The notes: generated by a model not told the origin, from the sequence alone. Counted from the stretch's first letter, positions 49,937 to 64,000 are shown. The stretch is DNA of 64,000 nucleotides from Eledone cirrhosa (GCA_964016885.1 OZ024759.1:26908001-26972000); one strand, 5' to 3'. Program-made: numbers and translations.

Positions 49937-50681
49937 TGATACCATGCATTGTATTGTACACTTCGACATATGAATTACGTTCATGCAACACTTCTCTTAT
50001 CATAGCCATTTTTTGTGGTGAGCAGTCATTATTTGTTGGTACTAGGGCAGTGGATTGGCAGTATCGGTAGAGCGCCAGACACCATGCTTTACAGCATAGG
50101 GTTATGGCCATTTACGTTCTGGGTTCAAATCCCTCCAAGGTTGACTTGGTTTTCATCCTTATGAGGTCGATAGAATAAAGTACCAGTAATTGCTGGCCTT
50201 GTGCCAGAAACAATTATTTGGTTGTACTTCCAATCTGTGCTACACACCTTCGTTCCCATCAATAATATATAACTGGCCATATTGTGGTGTATTTTCTGCA
50301 GGTTACAGAGATGGGGGTGTAGTGATATGTTTGACCCTGAATATGAAAGCTATACGGGCCTCTGCCGGGTGGTAACACCAAATGAAGTGAAATAAATGTA
50401 GTTTTAATTGCAGATGTTTCTGTGAAATCAACTGCTTCCTGGCCTCTTTCAAAGAGATTTCTCAGTCTCTCAGGGTATATTTGCAATGGTGGCAACACAA
50501 CCTTTCCTTTATTACAACAGTTACAATTTTCATTTCTAAATTTCAAAGCTCCACAGTGATCACACGAAACATTCATATCACTAATATGAAATTCTTCTAC
50601 ATTTCCATTAATATTAATTGTTGGCCAATTTCTCTTACAACGCTCATTATCCATTCTTCTCTGTCTGAATGTTTTCCATTC
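49937..50681 (-). mobile_element. Helitron RepHel N-terminal fragment
   Basis: ORF 50259-50654 is identical to 15788-16183. Confidence 0.9.
50044..50212 (+). mobile_element. tRNA-derived SINE in the Helitron
   Basis: Counterpart of 15573-15741. Confidence 0.88.
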
Positions 50682-52268
50682 TGTTGTTTATTATGTAATT
50701 AAATAGCTCTGTACAATACATAGAGCATTCTTCTTTTCTTTACCTTTTCTATGGAAATACAAGAACAAACATGTAAATATATATATATATGTATATACAT
50801 AAACAAGACTGTTATTGCTCCAACCAGTCTATTTACTTTTGATAACTATCCTAAATATAAATACACCTATACCATACATACATATATCATATATGTTTTT
50901 GATGCCGTGGTATAGCAGAGATAAGCAAGAAGAGAAAAGAAAATGAAAAGGAGAAAAAAAAAGAAGTAAGAAGTCGGGGGAGGGACAGACACTTCACCCC
51001 AGTCTAAGTGGTCCCTCAGCCGCAACCTGTGGAAGAAACTTAAAAGCGTTACCTCGGAGCAAGGCCAGAGACACCTGCTACAATAGTCGCCCCTCCTCAT
51101 GAGGCTCCTGTCATCTTTCCTCCCGACTTTATGGAGGAAATCAGCAGTACAGGGACCAAGTATGGCAGAGGTCTCAATGGAGTGGAAGAGGTGAGTCAGG
51201 CCTTGGTACTATCTTACTATCCTCTGCATTGCGGGGTGTGGAGCCTAGGTTTGTGGCTGTAGCTATATTTGAACTTTTATATGAAATTTCAGTTTTATAT
51301 TTTTCACATCATAAAACTTAATCTTAGTCTTTTGCAGCTCATCTTGTTTCATCTCGCAGCACACGATTTGGGAACCACTGCTCTAGAGATAGAAAAAGTA
51401 TATTTTATGCAGGGCTTCCCTGAGACATAAAAACTATTTCAAGAGATCGACATGGGTAGAAAGGTTGAGAAATGCTGCACAATGTTCTTTGGTTTTTGTT
51501 CACCTTTAAATAATCATGTATAAAATATCGGGTGTGCAAGATTTCATGAAAAGGTATAACATTTTTTATGCTGGTCTTGCAGGGACTAGCTCCAATTGAG
51601 AGTTGTACCAATTCCCACTAAACTCGAAACTCCTGGACAATATATACATATCTTTATAAGTTCCTGTGTATTGTGTCGCTGTATAATGAAACATAAATAT
51701 ATACCATGCATGTCAGTCAGATTTGAACTCACTATATTTGGCGTTTTATAGACATAATTTGTTTGTTAAAACAATTGATTAAATAATAACTAAATAAAAT
51801 TAATTCTACAATCCTGGATAGGGAATGAACTTATAACTTCATAATAGAAGCCATCTATTCGAGCAGTATTGCCATCTAAGCCACCAGGTTACTTACAGAA
51901 CTTCATTCAAATATAAAATATAAAATATATGCCAGACATAGTGAGTTCGAATCTGACTGATTAGTTGGTCATTGTCCCAGTCAACAGTTTAAATCGCCAA
52001 CCAGTAGGTGACATCGACTAGGTTGGGAAAACTTGGTTAAGTAGCTCCAGTTATTGCTACGTTAGACATATTCAAGACTTATCGACACCGAATGGAAGAA
52101 AGGTAAAGTTGAACTCAGAGTAAAGAACAGGAAAAATACTGCAAAGAATTCTATCTGATGTTCTAACAATTCTACCAAATTACCTTATGTATATATATTT
52201 ATATCTAGAGATAAGAAGAAAACTGAAAGAAAGAAAAGAAAAAAAATGAGACCTTATATGTAACCCAT

Positions 52269-53156
52269 GTTACAACTCAATATATATATATTTGGGTTGT
52301 AACATATTCCCGCCGGTGAAATAAAAATTTTAATAGAAAAACGGCGGGAATATATGTTACAACCCAATCTATATATATTTGAGTTGTAACATATATTCCC
52401 GCCGTTGAAATAAAAATTTTAATAGAAAAACGGCGGGAATATATGTTACAATCCAATCTAGATATATTTGGGTTGTAACATATATTCCCGCCGTTGAAAT
52501 AAAAATTTTAATAGAAAACCGGCGGGAATATATGTTACAACCCAATCTATATATATTTGGGATGTAACATATATTCCCGCCGTTGAAATAAAAATTTTAA
52601 TAGAAAAACGGCGGGAATATATGTTGCAACCCAATCTACATATATTTGGGTTGTAACATATATTCCCGCCGTTGAAATAAAAATTTTAATAGAAATACGG
52701 CGGGAATATATGTTACAACCCAATCTATATATGTTTGGGTTGTAACATATATTCCCGCCGTTTTTCTATTAAAATTTTTATTTCAACGGCGGAAATATAT
52801 GTTACAACCCAAATATATGTAGATTGGGTTGCAACATATATTCCCGCCGTTTTTCTATTAAAATTTTTATTTCAACGGCGGGAATATATGTTACAATCCA
52901 AATATATATAGATTGGGTTGTAACATATATTCCCGCCGTTTTTCTATTAAAATTTTTATTTCAACGGCGGGAATATATGTTGCAACCCAAATATTTATAG
53001 ATAGGGTTGTAACATATATTCCCGCCGTTTTTCTATTAAAATTTTTATTTCAACGGCGGGAATATATGTTACAACTCAAATATATATAGATTGGGTTGTA
53101 ACATATATTCCCGCCGTTTTTCTATTAAAATATTTATTTCACCGGCGGGAATATAT
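52269..53156. mobile_element. Palindromic tandem array of MADE1-like mini-MITEs, copy 2 (10 units)
   Basis: Same unit; one unit fewer than copy 1 (the offset changes from 34471 to 34384 across the array). Confidence 0.85.
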
Positions 53157-53213
53157 ACCCTGAGAGACTGAGAAATCTCTTTCAAAGAGATTTCTCAGTC
53201 TCTCAGGGTATAT
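53153..53213. repeat. Perfect 30-bp-arm hairpin, copy 2
   Basis: Identical to 18769-18829. Confidence 0.95.
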
Positions 53214-53429
53214 TTGCAATGGTGGCAACACAACCTTTCCTTTTTTACAACAGTTACAATTTTCATTTCTAAATTTCAAAGCTCCACAGTGATCACACGA
53301 AACATTCATATCACTAATATGAAATTCTTCTACATTTCCATTAATATTAATTGTTGGCCAATTTCTCTTACGACGCTCATTATCGATTCTTCTCTGTCTG
53401 AATGTTTTCCATTCTAAGTCTATTTGCAT
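53184..53429 (-). mobile_element. Helitron RepHel N-terminal fragment truncated at the hairpin
   Basis: ORF 53139-53429 is identical to 18755-19045. Confidence 0.88.
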
Positions 53430-53530
53430 GGAATAATTATATTCTGTTGTTTATTATGTAATTAAATAGCTCTGTACAATACATAGAGCATTCTTCTTTT
53501 CTTTACCTTTTCTATGGAAATACAAGAACA

Positions 53531-53587
<57 letters not shown>

Positions 53588-55846
53588 ATATACATAAACA
53601 AGACTGTTATTGCTCCAACCAGTCTATTTATCTTTGATAACTATCCTAGATATAAATACACCTATACCATACATACATATATCATATATGTTTTTGATGC
53701 CGTGGTATAGCAGAGATAAGCAAGAAGAGAAAAGAAAATGAAAAGGAGAAAAAAAAAGAAGTAAGAAGTCGGGGGAGGGACAGACACTTCACCCCAGTCT
53801 AAGTGGTCCCTCAGCCGCAACCTGTGGAAGAAACGTAAAAGCGTTACCTCAGAGCAAGGCCAGAGACACCTGCAACAATAGTCGCCCCTCCTCATGAGGC
53901 TCCTGTCGTCTTTCCTCCCGACTTTATGAAGGAAATCAGCAGTACAGGGACCAAGTATGGCAGAGGTCTCAATGGAGTGGAAGAGGTGAGTCAGGCCTTG
54001 GTACTATCTTACTATCCTCTGCATTGCGGGGTGTGGAGCCTAGGTTTGTGGCTGTAGCTATATTTGAACTTTTATATGAAATTTCAGTTTTATTTTTTTC
54101 ACATCATAAAACTTAATCTTAGTCTTTTGCAGCTCATCTTGTTTCATCTCGCAGCACACGATTTGGGAACCACTGCTCTAGAGATAGAAAAAGTATATTT
54201 TATGCAGGACTTCCCTGAGACATAAAAACTATTTCCAGAGATCGACATGGGTAGAAAGGTTGAGAAATGCTGCACAATGTTCTTTGGTTTTTGTTCACCT
54301 TTAAATAATCATGTATAAAATATCGGGTGTGCAAGATTTCATGAAAAGGTATAACATTATTTATGCTGATCTTGCAGGGACTAGCTCCAATTGAGAGTTG
54401 TACCAATTCCCACTAAACTCGAAACTCCTGGACAATATATACATATCTTTATAAGTTCCTGTGTATTGTGTCGTTGTATAATGAAACATAAATACATACC
54501 ATGCATGTCAGTCAGATTTGAACTCACTATATTTGGCGTTTTATAGATATAATTTGTTTGTTAAAACAATTGATTAAATAATAACTAAATAAAATTAATT
54601 CTACAATCCTGGATAGGGAATGAACTTATAACTTCATAATAGAAGCCATCTATTCGAGCAGTATTGCCATCTAAGCCACCAGGTTACTTACAGAACTTCA
54701 TTCAAATATAAAATATAAAATATATGCCAGACATAGTGAGTTCGAATCTGACTGATTAGTTGGTCATTGTCCCAGCCAACAGTTTAAATCGCCAACCAGT
54801 AGGTTACATCGACTAGGTTGGGAAAACTTGGTTAAGTAGCTCCAGTTATTGCTACGTTAGACATATTCAAGACTTATCGACACCGAATGGAAGAAAGGTA
54901 AAGTTGAACTCAGAGTAAAGAACTGGAAAAATACTGCAAAGAATTCTATCTGATGTTCTAACAATTCTACCAAATTACCTTATGTATATATATTTATATT
55001 TAGAGATAAGAAGAAAACTGAAAGAAAGAAAAATGAGACCTTATATGTAACCCATGACCAGGATTGAAACCGAAACCATGACTACCACCATCTCTGGTAT
55101 CACCCACCAGACCACCATGAAAGATACAAACATCTGCTTTTTTAATATTTATAAGCCTACTTTCAATATTAAAGTAATTAACATGTGGTGTTGTTCATGC
55201 CTTTCTCTATGTTATTGGTAACAAATAAAGTATTTAAACCTCAAATTTTGTTATTCAAATATGCTTGCTTATGTAATTATAAATGTCGCAGAATACACAC
55301 ACATATATAGATGTGAAAATATTCAGGACCCCAACGGCTGTGCTACTGCCGTTTCGACATCTATATATATATCTTTTAGTCCTAGGCTCTTTCAGCGCAG
55401 AAAGAATTCTCCAATGATCACAACCAGCTAATGGTGCCCAGTGGAAGCACTTTAGTCTAATTATAACCCCAACGATCACGATTAGCGGCGGCTTTTTCGA
55501 GTCTGAGGTTGACTGCCAGATATATATATATATCTATATATATATATATATATTTTTTTATACTTTGCTAGAATCCCGGAGAACAACAGAAAGATGCTGA
55601 GTTCAGAGTTTAAAAAACATGTCCCCCTTTAATATAAAAACAATCCGAGTCTTGTAAAAGTGTTATTACTGTAATATAAAGTAGAAACCCTTTATTTAAA
55701 CAAAGCTGAGATGCAGCGATCATCAAAGCAAACCCCAAAATGTAAACAAACTTCTCGCAGGTGCTGGCAGATACACGATAACATGTGTATACGAAGTGTA
55801 ACAGGGAGTTGGGTCGTATTATATGACTTTCAAATTGACCCCTATT

Positions 55847-56535
55847 ATATTCAAATTATCCCCTGTGGGGCGTGCACCCCACGTTGAGAATCCCTCATAA
55901 ATAAATATATGTGAGTGTGTTGCTATGACTGCTATTTCTAGCAGGTTTACTGCAGTCCTGTAGACGCACAACAAAAACCGGAAGTGGCAGCCATTAAAAA
56001 ACTTTGGCTTAAAATCAGGCAAAAGTTTTTTAACAATTTGCCAAGAAAGATAACTCTTGTCTTACTTAATCGCAAAAATCGAGGCAAAAAATGTTGCGGG
56101 TGTGCAGTTTGTTTGGTGTATTTGACTGCTATTTCTAGCATATATGGACACTTTAGAAATAGCAGCGAAACACGGGAAACATAAGAAAGAAGGACACACA
56201 CGTATATATATATACATATATATATGCACAGATATATACATTTAAATATATATATTTATATATACATACACGCGCGCACACACACCTATACGTAGATATG
56301 GGTGTGTGTATAGCTGGTATATATATATATATGTATGGGTGAGTGTATAGCTGGTATATATATATATATATATATAGGTGTGTGTCCTTCTTTCTGCTGT
56401 TTTCCGTTTTTCGCTGCTATTTCTAAAGTGTCCATACATGCTAGAAATAGCAGTCATAGCAACACACTCACATATATTTATTTATGAGGGATTCTCAACG
56501 TGGGGTGCACGCCCCACAGGGGATAATTTGAATAT
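55847..56535. repeat. Nested inverted repeat (counterpart of 21463-22151)
   Basis: Offset 34384. Confidence 0.9.
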
Positions 56536-57351
56536 CCCCCTCTTTATATCAATTAGCACTAACTCTCTCCCTCTCTATATCTACTACACGGCACTCTCTT
56601 CCAATACCCCTCTCTATATGAAGTAACACCAAACTCTCCCCCTCTCTATATATTAAGCACTAAGTCAGGAATTTTTTTCTTCTTTCGTGCAGAGAGAGTA
56701 AAGTTGATTAAATCTACTGCAGTGAATTACTGGTATTTTATTTAATAAAAATTAAAATTTACTATTTGTCTTCGTTTAATTTTCGTTTTTCTTTACATAG
56801 TTTCGTTTCGTTAAATGTCTCCAGAATTTGTTTTTACTTTTACCGGATATTGAAGGTGTAAACTTGGTGTTGTCTAGAAACGTGTTAGAAATATTTTTCT
56901 TTTAATTGTGAAGAATTTAACCGCAAAGTAAGTTTTTTTTACTGTTTATTTGTGGCTGGGACAACGTATGGTATGTGTTAATGTAAATGGTGAAGGTTTA
57001 AAGATTCTTTTTACAACTGAAAATCAGTTTGTTGTTGCTGCTAATTACTTAACGCATGGAATAGATTAAAAAAATACAGGATTGTTTCTCGGAAGAGAGA
57101 AAGAAGAAACAACAAATCACAGAAGCGGGTAGCACACACATTTGGGACCACATACAACACAAAAACAGGTAATCCACACATCTGGGACCACATACAACAC
57201 ACCAGCAGGTAATACATACATCTAGGACCACATAAGCAGGTAATACACACATCTAGGACCACATACAACACACAAGCAGGTAATACACACATCTAGGACG
57301 ACATACAACCAAAGGCAGGCGAAAGGGGTGGACAAACGAGCTGCTACTAGA

Positions 57352-57610
57352 TCAAAAGATAACAGTATCGCGAGGAGCACTGGGAAACCTCTCTAATGAT
57401 TTTTTTAGGCAAGCCAGCACGTCTGCAGCGTTACCTCGGGCGATGGCGAGGCTGAGGAGCTGGAACAACCAAGTGCCCTCACGAGCTTCACCAGTCACCT
57501 TCGTCAGGCTAGCCGCCAGTGAAGATAGGAATCTCGCAGTCAGTATCCCGACTCCCCCAAACGCCACAGGCTGGAAAATGTAGTTGGCCGACAGATCACA
57601 GTATTACTTA
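57352..57610 (-). mobile_element. CRE-like retrotransposon C-terminal remnant
   Basis: ORF 57352-57567 is identical to 22968-23183. Confidence 0.75.
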
Positions 57611-57755
57611 ACAGTGATAGATATTCTGTCTAAAGGAGGGGCGTGCAACAGGCGGCCCGCGGGCCACAATCGAGCCCACCTGACCAGTCAGAGTGGCCCG
57701 CAATGACTCTTGTAGGCTTATTTAGAATTTTTTCCATACCCGTAATACTTCTGTT

Positions 57756-58123
57756 AGTTGACCTATACTAAAGGACTTCACTGATAGGGTTATATGTGTT
57801 ATAATTTCCCAGTTGACCTATACTAAAGGACTTCACTGATAGGGTTATATGTGTTATAGTTTCCCAGTTGACCTATACTAAAGGGCTTCACTGATAGAGT
57901 TATATGTGTTATAGTTTCCCAGAGGGCTTCACTGATAGGGTTATATGTGTTATAGTTTCCCAGTTGACCTATACTAAAGGACTTCACTGATAGGGTTATA
58001 TGTGTTATAGTTTCCCAGTTGACCTATACTAAAGGACTTCACTGATAGGGTTATATGTGTTATCGTTTCCCAGTTGACCTATACTAAAGGGCTTCACTGA
58101 TAGAGTTATATGTGTTATAGTTT
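57756..58123. repeat. 55-bp minisatellite, 6 full units plus 1 truncated
   Basis: Counterpart of 23372-23739. Confidence 0.95.
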
Positions 58124-58363
58124 GAAACAAACTACCTGCATCAGTTATTATACTTTTATAACACCGCTATATTACCTACATGAAAGAGGTAAATATTTAT
58201 TTCTCTTGTCTTCTTAAATGTATAGAACATTTTTCTTATATATATTCTTAACATAGCTAGGACCGTTTATTATTTACTAGTCTCTACTCCTAGGACTTTG
58301 CTGGTCTCATGTCCCCTCCATCAACACACACTCGGTAGAAAGCTGGTCGTCGGATGTAAAGTG

Positions 58364-58714
58364 GCCCTGATTACAGGTCTAGTATTGAAGCCTTTCGGCT
58401 TGAGCCTTGCTGATGCCGACACAGTTCCTGTGGTAGTTTTGGTAGCACAGGTGACATTTTATTGTGTTTAGGTACCGGCTAGTGCGGACACAGAGAGCAC
58501 AACCAGGTGGTGAGCTGGCAACGACCAAGTGTAGAGGGCCAGCTTTGAAATTCGAGCGACGGAGTGAACTAGTAAAAGAGGCAGGGTAAGCAGCATTGGT
58601 TCTAACGGTGGGACTAGAACGGAGGTTGGGTGGTGCTGGGGGTGGGCTAACAGCTAACAGTTGTAGGAGTGGTGGGGGTTTGCTAGGATTAATTTTTACA
58701 TCTGTCTGTGAACT
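58364..58714 (-). pseudogene. Decayed PHD-finger frame
   Basis: Counterpart of 23980-24330. Confidence 0.75.
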
Positions 58715-60295
58715 CTTGAAAAAGCAACATACAATTGTCCAGGGTTAAATACTTGCTCAGGGAGGAACAGACCCACTTTATCATGTATTTGACCATGGTT
58801 CTTGTTGATTGTCATGGCATATGACAGTCTTAATGGAAACTGGGGTCTTTCCAAAGTAAAAGGGATGTTGGCACCACTGGGGGATAACTTCAGTCTTGGG
58901 ATCAAAACACACCTGCCCATGAAAGGACCATAGATATGAGAAGCTTTGATAAAATGTTTATGCAGTTCTACTACTTCTAATCTTGTGCCATTACATAATC
59001 TGTTCTGGATTGAAATATTCCATAGAAGCATTATTATTGATCCTGCTTATAATTGGAGTTTGTGAGGCGGCATCCCAGAAGGTGTAAGCAAGTTCATTTA
59101 GCTTGAACCAGGCAGCAAGGGTCCCTGCATTTCTACCACAACCTGAGCATTTGCCTCTTTGAAAGTAAACTCTGTTTGTTCTCCAGGTGTGTGGCTAGGC
59201 TGTATACTGTATGTGATGTACCATGAAGCTTAAATTCCGAGAGACACGACACTGCTTCTGGCTGAGACACATACCTGCAACAAAGATAGGTTCTTATTTC
59301 ATCATGGTTGTGTTGGTTCTGAGCCTCATTAGGTAATGCATTATTCGTTACTTCTATAGATGTACAATCATGCCCCATGTAACATATTTAAAGAGGTACT
59401 TGACACTTTTTACAGAAGCGCAAACTTCAACATTAATATGTGCACAATATTTCTTAAGCAAAAACGCATTAAATGGCATAACATTCCTGTTATCTACTGA
59501 ATGTCATCCAATTTACACTGCAGTTCCTGTCTTGCACCTCCTGTACTCTGGGTATCCATTTAGGTTCAATAATGTTTCCCTTCTGTAGGTTTTTGGATAG
59601 TTCTTTTTGAAAAATCCATTTTGTATAAATGGGGGAAAAGGGTTTCCAGAACCACATGGCCTGTGGATCATAAACTTTTAAACCTGCTCATGTAGTACTG
59701 GATCATCTTCCAATGCAGGTATTTCTGCTGACACGATTCTGTCAATGTCTTCTCTGTTTCTTATCTTGTCTTCATTTTTTAAGGCTCAGTGTTATCATCT
59801 GTTTAGATAATTCATTAAACCATTATACTCATCCACTCACAATTGGGCTTGATTGTTCCTCAAATATTGAAGCCTGCATCCCTCTACTTTCATATAGGCA
59901 TCCACTAAATACTGCTAAAATAATTTACCTGCCCTATATATCGCACTAAATCCTCCTCTATATGCTATACAGTATATGTAATACTCCTGCATTGTCAGTC
60001 TATTGCAAACACAGGTCCTACATTCCTCTCCATGGCACTATGCCACCAAAATTCACCATTATCGGTCGGTCATGAGGTCCAAGTGGCATGAATTATGTGG
60101 TATTTTCTGAGGAGGATGGTCTTTAGGAAAGATGATAATATCTCTTTGTACAGGTGGTGTGCCCTCAATCCCCCACAAAACAACAGCTATCATTACTAGT
60201 TGGTAAATTAGAGCAGCTCATATCTGATCCTCTTCTAAATCTTAATTCACAGTTCTGTACACGACAATTTTCTCTTCTTGCACTTTGCTGTTTGA
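58696..60295 (-). mobile_element. Helitron RepHel pseudogene, 3' part
   Basis: ORFs 58696-59031 (helicase C-terminus) and 59133-59378 (Rep region). Confidence 0.95.
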
Positions 60296-61304
60296 GATGA
60301 AACAAGATAGCAATGTCCATAACATTACATGTCAGAATTATTAGCCACAGGGGCAGAGATGTCCATAACATTACATGTCAGAATTATTAGCCACCGGGGC
60401 AGAGATGTCCATAACATTACATGTCAGAATTATTAGCCACAGGGGCAGAGATGTCCATAACATTACATGACAGAATTATTAGCCACAGGGGCAGAGATGA
60501 CCATAACATTACATGACAGATTTATTAGCCACAGGTGCAGAGATGACCATAACATTACATGACAGAATTATTAACCACAGGGGCAGAGATGACCATAACA
60601 TTACATGACAATTATTAGCCCCAGGGGCAGATATGGTCCATAACATTACATGACAGAGTTTCATCTCGCGCTCTCTCTCTCTCGTTTCATCTCGCTCTCT
60701 CTCTCTCTCGTTTCATCTCTGTCTTCCTCTCTCTCATTTCATCTCTGTCTTCCTCTCTCTCGTTCCATCTCTCTCTTCCTCTCTCTCGTTCCATCTCTCT
60801 CTTCCTCTCTCTCGTTTCATCACTCTCTCTCGTTTCATCTCTATTTCTCTCTCTCGTTTCATCTGTCTCTCTCTCTGTCGTTTCATCTCCCTCTATCTCT
60901 CTCTCGCTCTCTCATTTCATCTCTCTCTCCCTCTCGTTTCATCTCGCTCTCTCTCTCCTGTTTCATCTCGCTCTCTCTCTCCTGTTTCATCTCGCTCTCT
61001 AGTCTCGTTTCCTCTCTCTCTCATTTCATCTCGCTCTCTCTCTCTCATTTCATCTCGCTCTCACTCTCTCTCATTTCATCTCGCTCTCTCTCTCTCATTT
61101 CATCTCGCTCTCACTCTCTCATTTCATCTCGCTCTCACTCTCTCTCATTTCATCTCGCTCTCTCTCTCTCTCTCGTTTCATCTCGCTCTCTCTCTCTCAT
61201 TTCATGTCGCTCTCACTCTCTCTCATTTCATCTCGCACTCACTCTCTCATTTCATCTCGCTCTCTCTCTCTCTCGTTTCATCTCGCTCTCTCTGTCTCAT
61301 TTCA

Positions 61305-61336
<32 letters not shown>

Positions 61337-62008
61337 GTTTCATCTCGCTCTCTCTCTCTCTCATTTCATCTCACTCTCTCTCTCTCTCGTTTCATCTCGC
61401 TCTCACTCTCTCATTTCATCTCGCTCTCTCTCTCTCGTTCCATCTTGCTCTCTCTCTCTCTTCCTCTCTCTCTTGTTTCAACACTCTAATCCCTCACTTG
61501 TTTCATCTCTCTCTAATCCCTCACTTGTTTCATCTCTCTCTTGTTTCAATTCGTTCTCTCTCTCTCTCTCTCTTTCTCTCCCCTCTCTCTTTCTCTCCCC
61601 TCTCTCTCTTGTTTCATCCCTCACCCTCTTGTTTCATCCCCCTCTCCCTCTTCCTCTCTCTCTCTTCCTCTCTCTCTCTTCCTCTCTCTCTCTCTTTCTC
61701 TCTCTCTCTTCCTCTCTCTCTCTCTTCCTCTCTCTCTCTCTCTTCCTCTCTCTCTCTCTTTCACACTCTATCTCCGACTCGTTTCATCACTCTCTCCCCT
61801 CTCTCCCCTCACCCTCTTGTTTCAACTCTCTCTTCGTTTCAACTCTCTCTCCTCTCGTTTCAACTCTCTCTCTCTCTCTCCTCTCGTTACAACTCTCTCT
61901 CTCTCTCCTCTCGTTTCAACTCTCTCTCTCTTTTCTCGTTTCAACTCTCTCCTCTCTTGTTTCAACTCTCTCACCTCTCGTTTCAACTCTTTCTCTCTGT
62001 GTCTCCAA
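60296..62008 (-). repeat. Single-module composite satellite interrupting the Helitron, copy 2
   Basis: Counterpart of 25911-27590. Confidence 0.93.
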
Positions 62009-62205
62009 TGTGTAATAAACCGTGACTCATATATATATACCGAAGTATGTACATAAACACATACATACACGCATGTGTATATATATATACATACATGTGT
62101 CTCTCTCTCTCTCCCTATATATATGTATATATGTATAAATATGTACATACATATTAGTGTATATATATTGCTATCTATATGCATATTTGTATAATTATAC
62201 TGTAT

Positions 62206-62369
62206 GGTGAATTGGCAGTATCGGTAGAGGGTCTGACGCCATGCTTTCCAGCATAGTTACGTCCCTTTACGATCCGAGGTTAACTTTGCCTTTCATCCTT
62301 AAGGGGTCGATAAAATAAAGTACCAGTATGTACTGGTTAATTGCTGGCCTTGTGCCTAAAGTAGAAACA
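62206..62369 (+). mobile_element. SINE, B-box-deleted copy
   Basis: Counterpart of 27788-27952. Confidence 0.8.
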
Positions 62370-62932
62370 ATTATTAGTTCAAAGTGAAACCACCATCCTA
62401 CCTGAAATATTATGTTATCATATTAAATATTTCTTATACTGTCATGTTTTTTCTTTAAAACGATTGCATCTCAATAAAGTGAAGAAAACTATTATATACT
62501 GTTGTTATATCATTATACTTTAGTTTTAACATTTCTATGTGTATAAATATAATGTATGTAAGTGTGTTTGAAAATATATAATAATAATATGCATGTTTGA
62601 AGCAGGGTTCAACTGAAATATCTATACCAGTAACTTAATTAGTGTTACACCTTAGGCATAAACTATTTGGCATTCTTTGAAGGAGGTACTAGGTTTTTCG
62701 CTTTCTTAAATGGAGTATACACGCGCACACGATGCATATATATAAATTGTTTTTCTCTGTACAAAGAGATTGACATCATTTCTTAAATCATTATTTAGGG
62801 TTTTACAACAAAACATATTGTATGTGTAATTATACAAATTGAATTTAAGTATTTATTTTAAAATTTTACATACACTTTAGTAGTATCATCATCATCATCA
62901 TCATCATTTTACGTCCGCTTTTCCCTCATTTG

Positions 62933-63692
62933 TGATGCCATGCATTGTATTGTACACTTCGACATATGGATTATATTCATGCAACACCTCTCATATCATA
63001 GCCATTTTTTGTGGTGAGCAGTCATTATTTGTTGGGACTAGGGCAGTGGATTGGCAGTATCGGTAGAGCGTCAGACACCATGCTTTGCAGCATAGGGTTA
63101 TGGCCCTTTACGTTCTGGGTTCAAATCCCTCTAAGGTTGACTTTGTTTTCATCCTTATGAGGTCGATAGAATAAAGTACCAGTAATTGCTGGCCTTGTGC
63201 CAGACAAAATTATTTGGTTGTACTTCCAATCTGTGCTACACACCTTCGTTCCCATCAATAATATATAACTGGCCATATTGTGGTGTATTTTCTGCAGGTT
63301 ACAGAGATGGGTGTGTATTGATATGTTTGACCCTGAATATGAAATCTATACGGGCCTCTGCCGGGTGGTAACACCAAATGAAGTGAAATAAATGTAGTTT
63401 TAATTGCAGATGTTTCTGTGAAATCAACTGCTTCCTGGCCTCTTTCAAAGAGATTTCTCAGTCTCTCAGGGTATATTTGCAATGGTGGCAACACTACCTT
63501 TCCTTTATTACAACAGTTACAATTTTCATTTCTAAATTTCAAAGCTCCACAGTGATCACACGAAACATTCATATCACTAATATGAAATTCTTCTACATTT
63601 CCATTAATATTAATTGTTGGCCAATTTCTCTTACGACGCTCATTATCCATTCTTCTCTGTCTGAATGTTTTCCATTCTAAGTCTATTTGCAT
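62933..63692 (-). mobile_element. Helitron RepHel N-terminal part
   Basis: ORF 63255-63692 is identical to 28838-29275. Confidence 0.92.
63040..63208 (+). mobile_element. tRNA-derived SINE in the Helitron
   Basis: Counterpart of 28623-28791. Confidence 0.88.
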
Positions 63693-63798
63693 GGAATAAT
63701 TATATTCTGTTGTTTATTATGTAATTAAATAGCTCTGTACAATACATAGAGCATTCTTCTTTTCTTTACCTTTTCTATGGAAATACAAGAACAAACAG

Positions 63799-63830
<32 letters not shown>

Positions 63831-64000
63831 ATATACATAAACAAGACTGTTATTGCTCCAACCAGTCTATTTACCTTTGATAACTATCCTAAATATAAAT
63901 ACACCTATACCATACATACACATATCATATATGTTTTTGATGCCGTGGTATAGCAGAGATAAGCAAGAAGAGAAAAGAAAATGAAAATGAGAAAAAAAAA

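Larger units (their letters stand above)
38672..64000. repeat. Tandem macro-repeat unit, copy 2 (partial; corresponds to 1-~29590; ~4.2 kb shorter in the satellite left arm)
   Basis: Near-identical and collinear with copy 1; the window end matches ~29562-29590. Confidence 0.95.

Overview
This is eukaryotic, repeat-only DNA with no intact host gene. The tRNA-derived SINE it carries resembles cephalopod/Octopus MetaSINE-type elements, from recalled consensus and not from a search. The window holds about 1.75 copies of a ~34-39 kb tandem macro-repeat: 1-29590 recurs at 38672-64000. That unit is itself built from several ~10-12 kb diverged copies of a dead, minus-strand Helitron (RepHel). The Helitron has lost its HUH motif and most of its helicase, and carries a nested SINE. 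It is followed by a decayed PHD-finger frame, a 55-bp minisatellite behind a hAT-type end, and the C-terminus of a CRE-like retrotransposon. The rearrangement junctions between Helitron copies are filled by fold-back structures at several scales. These are a ~14 kb composite satellite (46-bp arrays alternating with GAGATGAAAC-(GA)n blocks) that flips strand with no spacer at 7302/7303 and 41747/41748, a ~1 kb palindromic tandem array of MADE1-like ~78-bp mariner-type mini-MITEs, and a perfect 30-bp-arm snap-back hairpin. Further 0.7-1.7 kb inverted repeats lie between Helitron copies. Nearly all long ORFs in the supplied track are artefacts of the GA/CT satellite.
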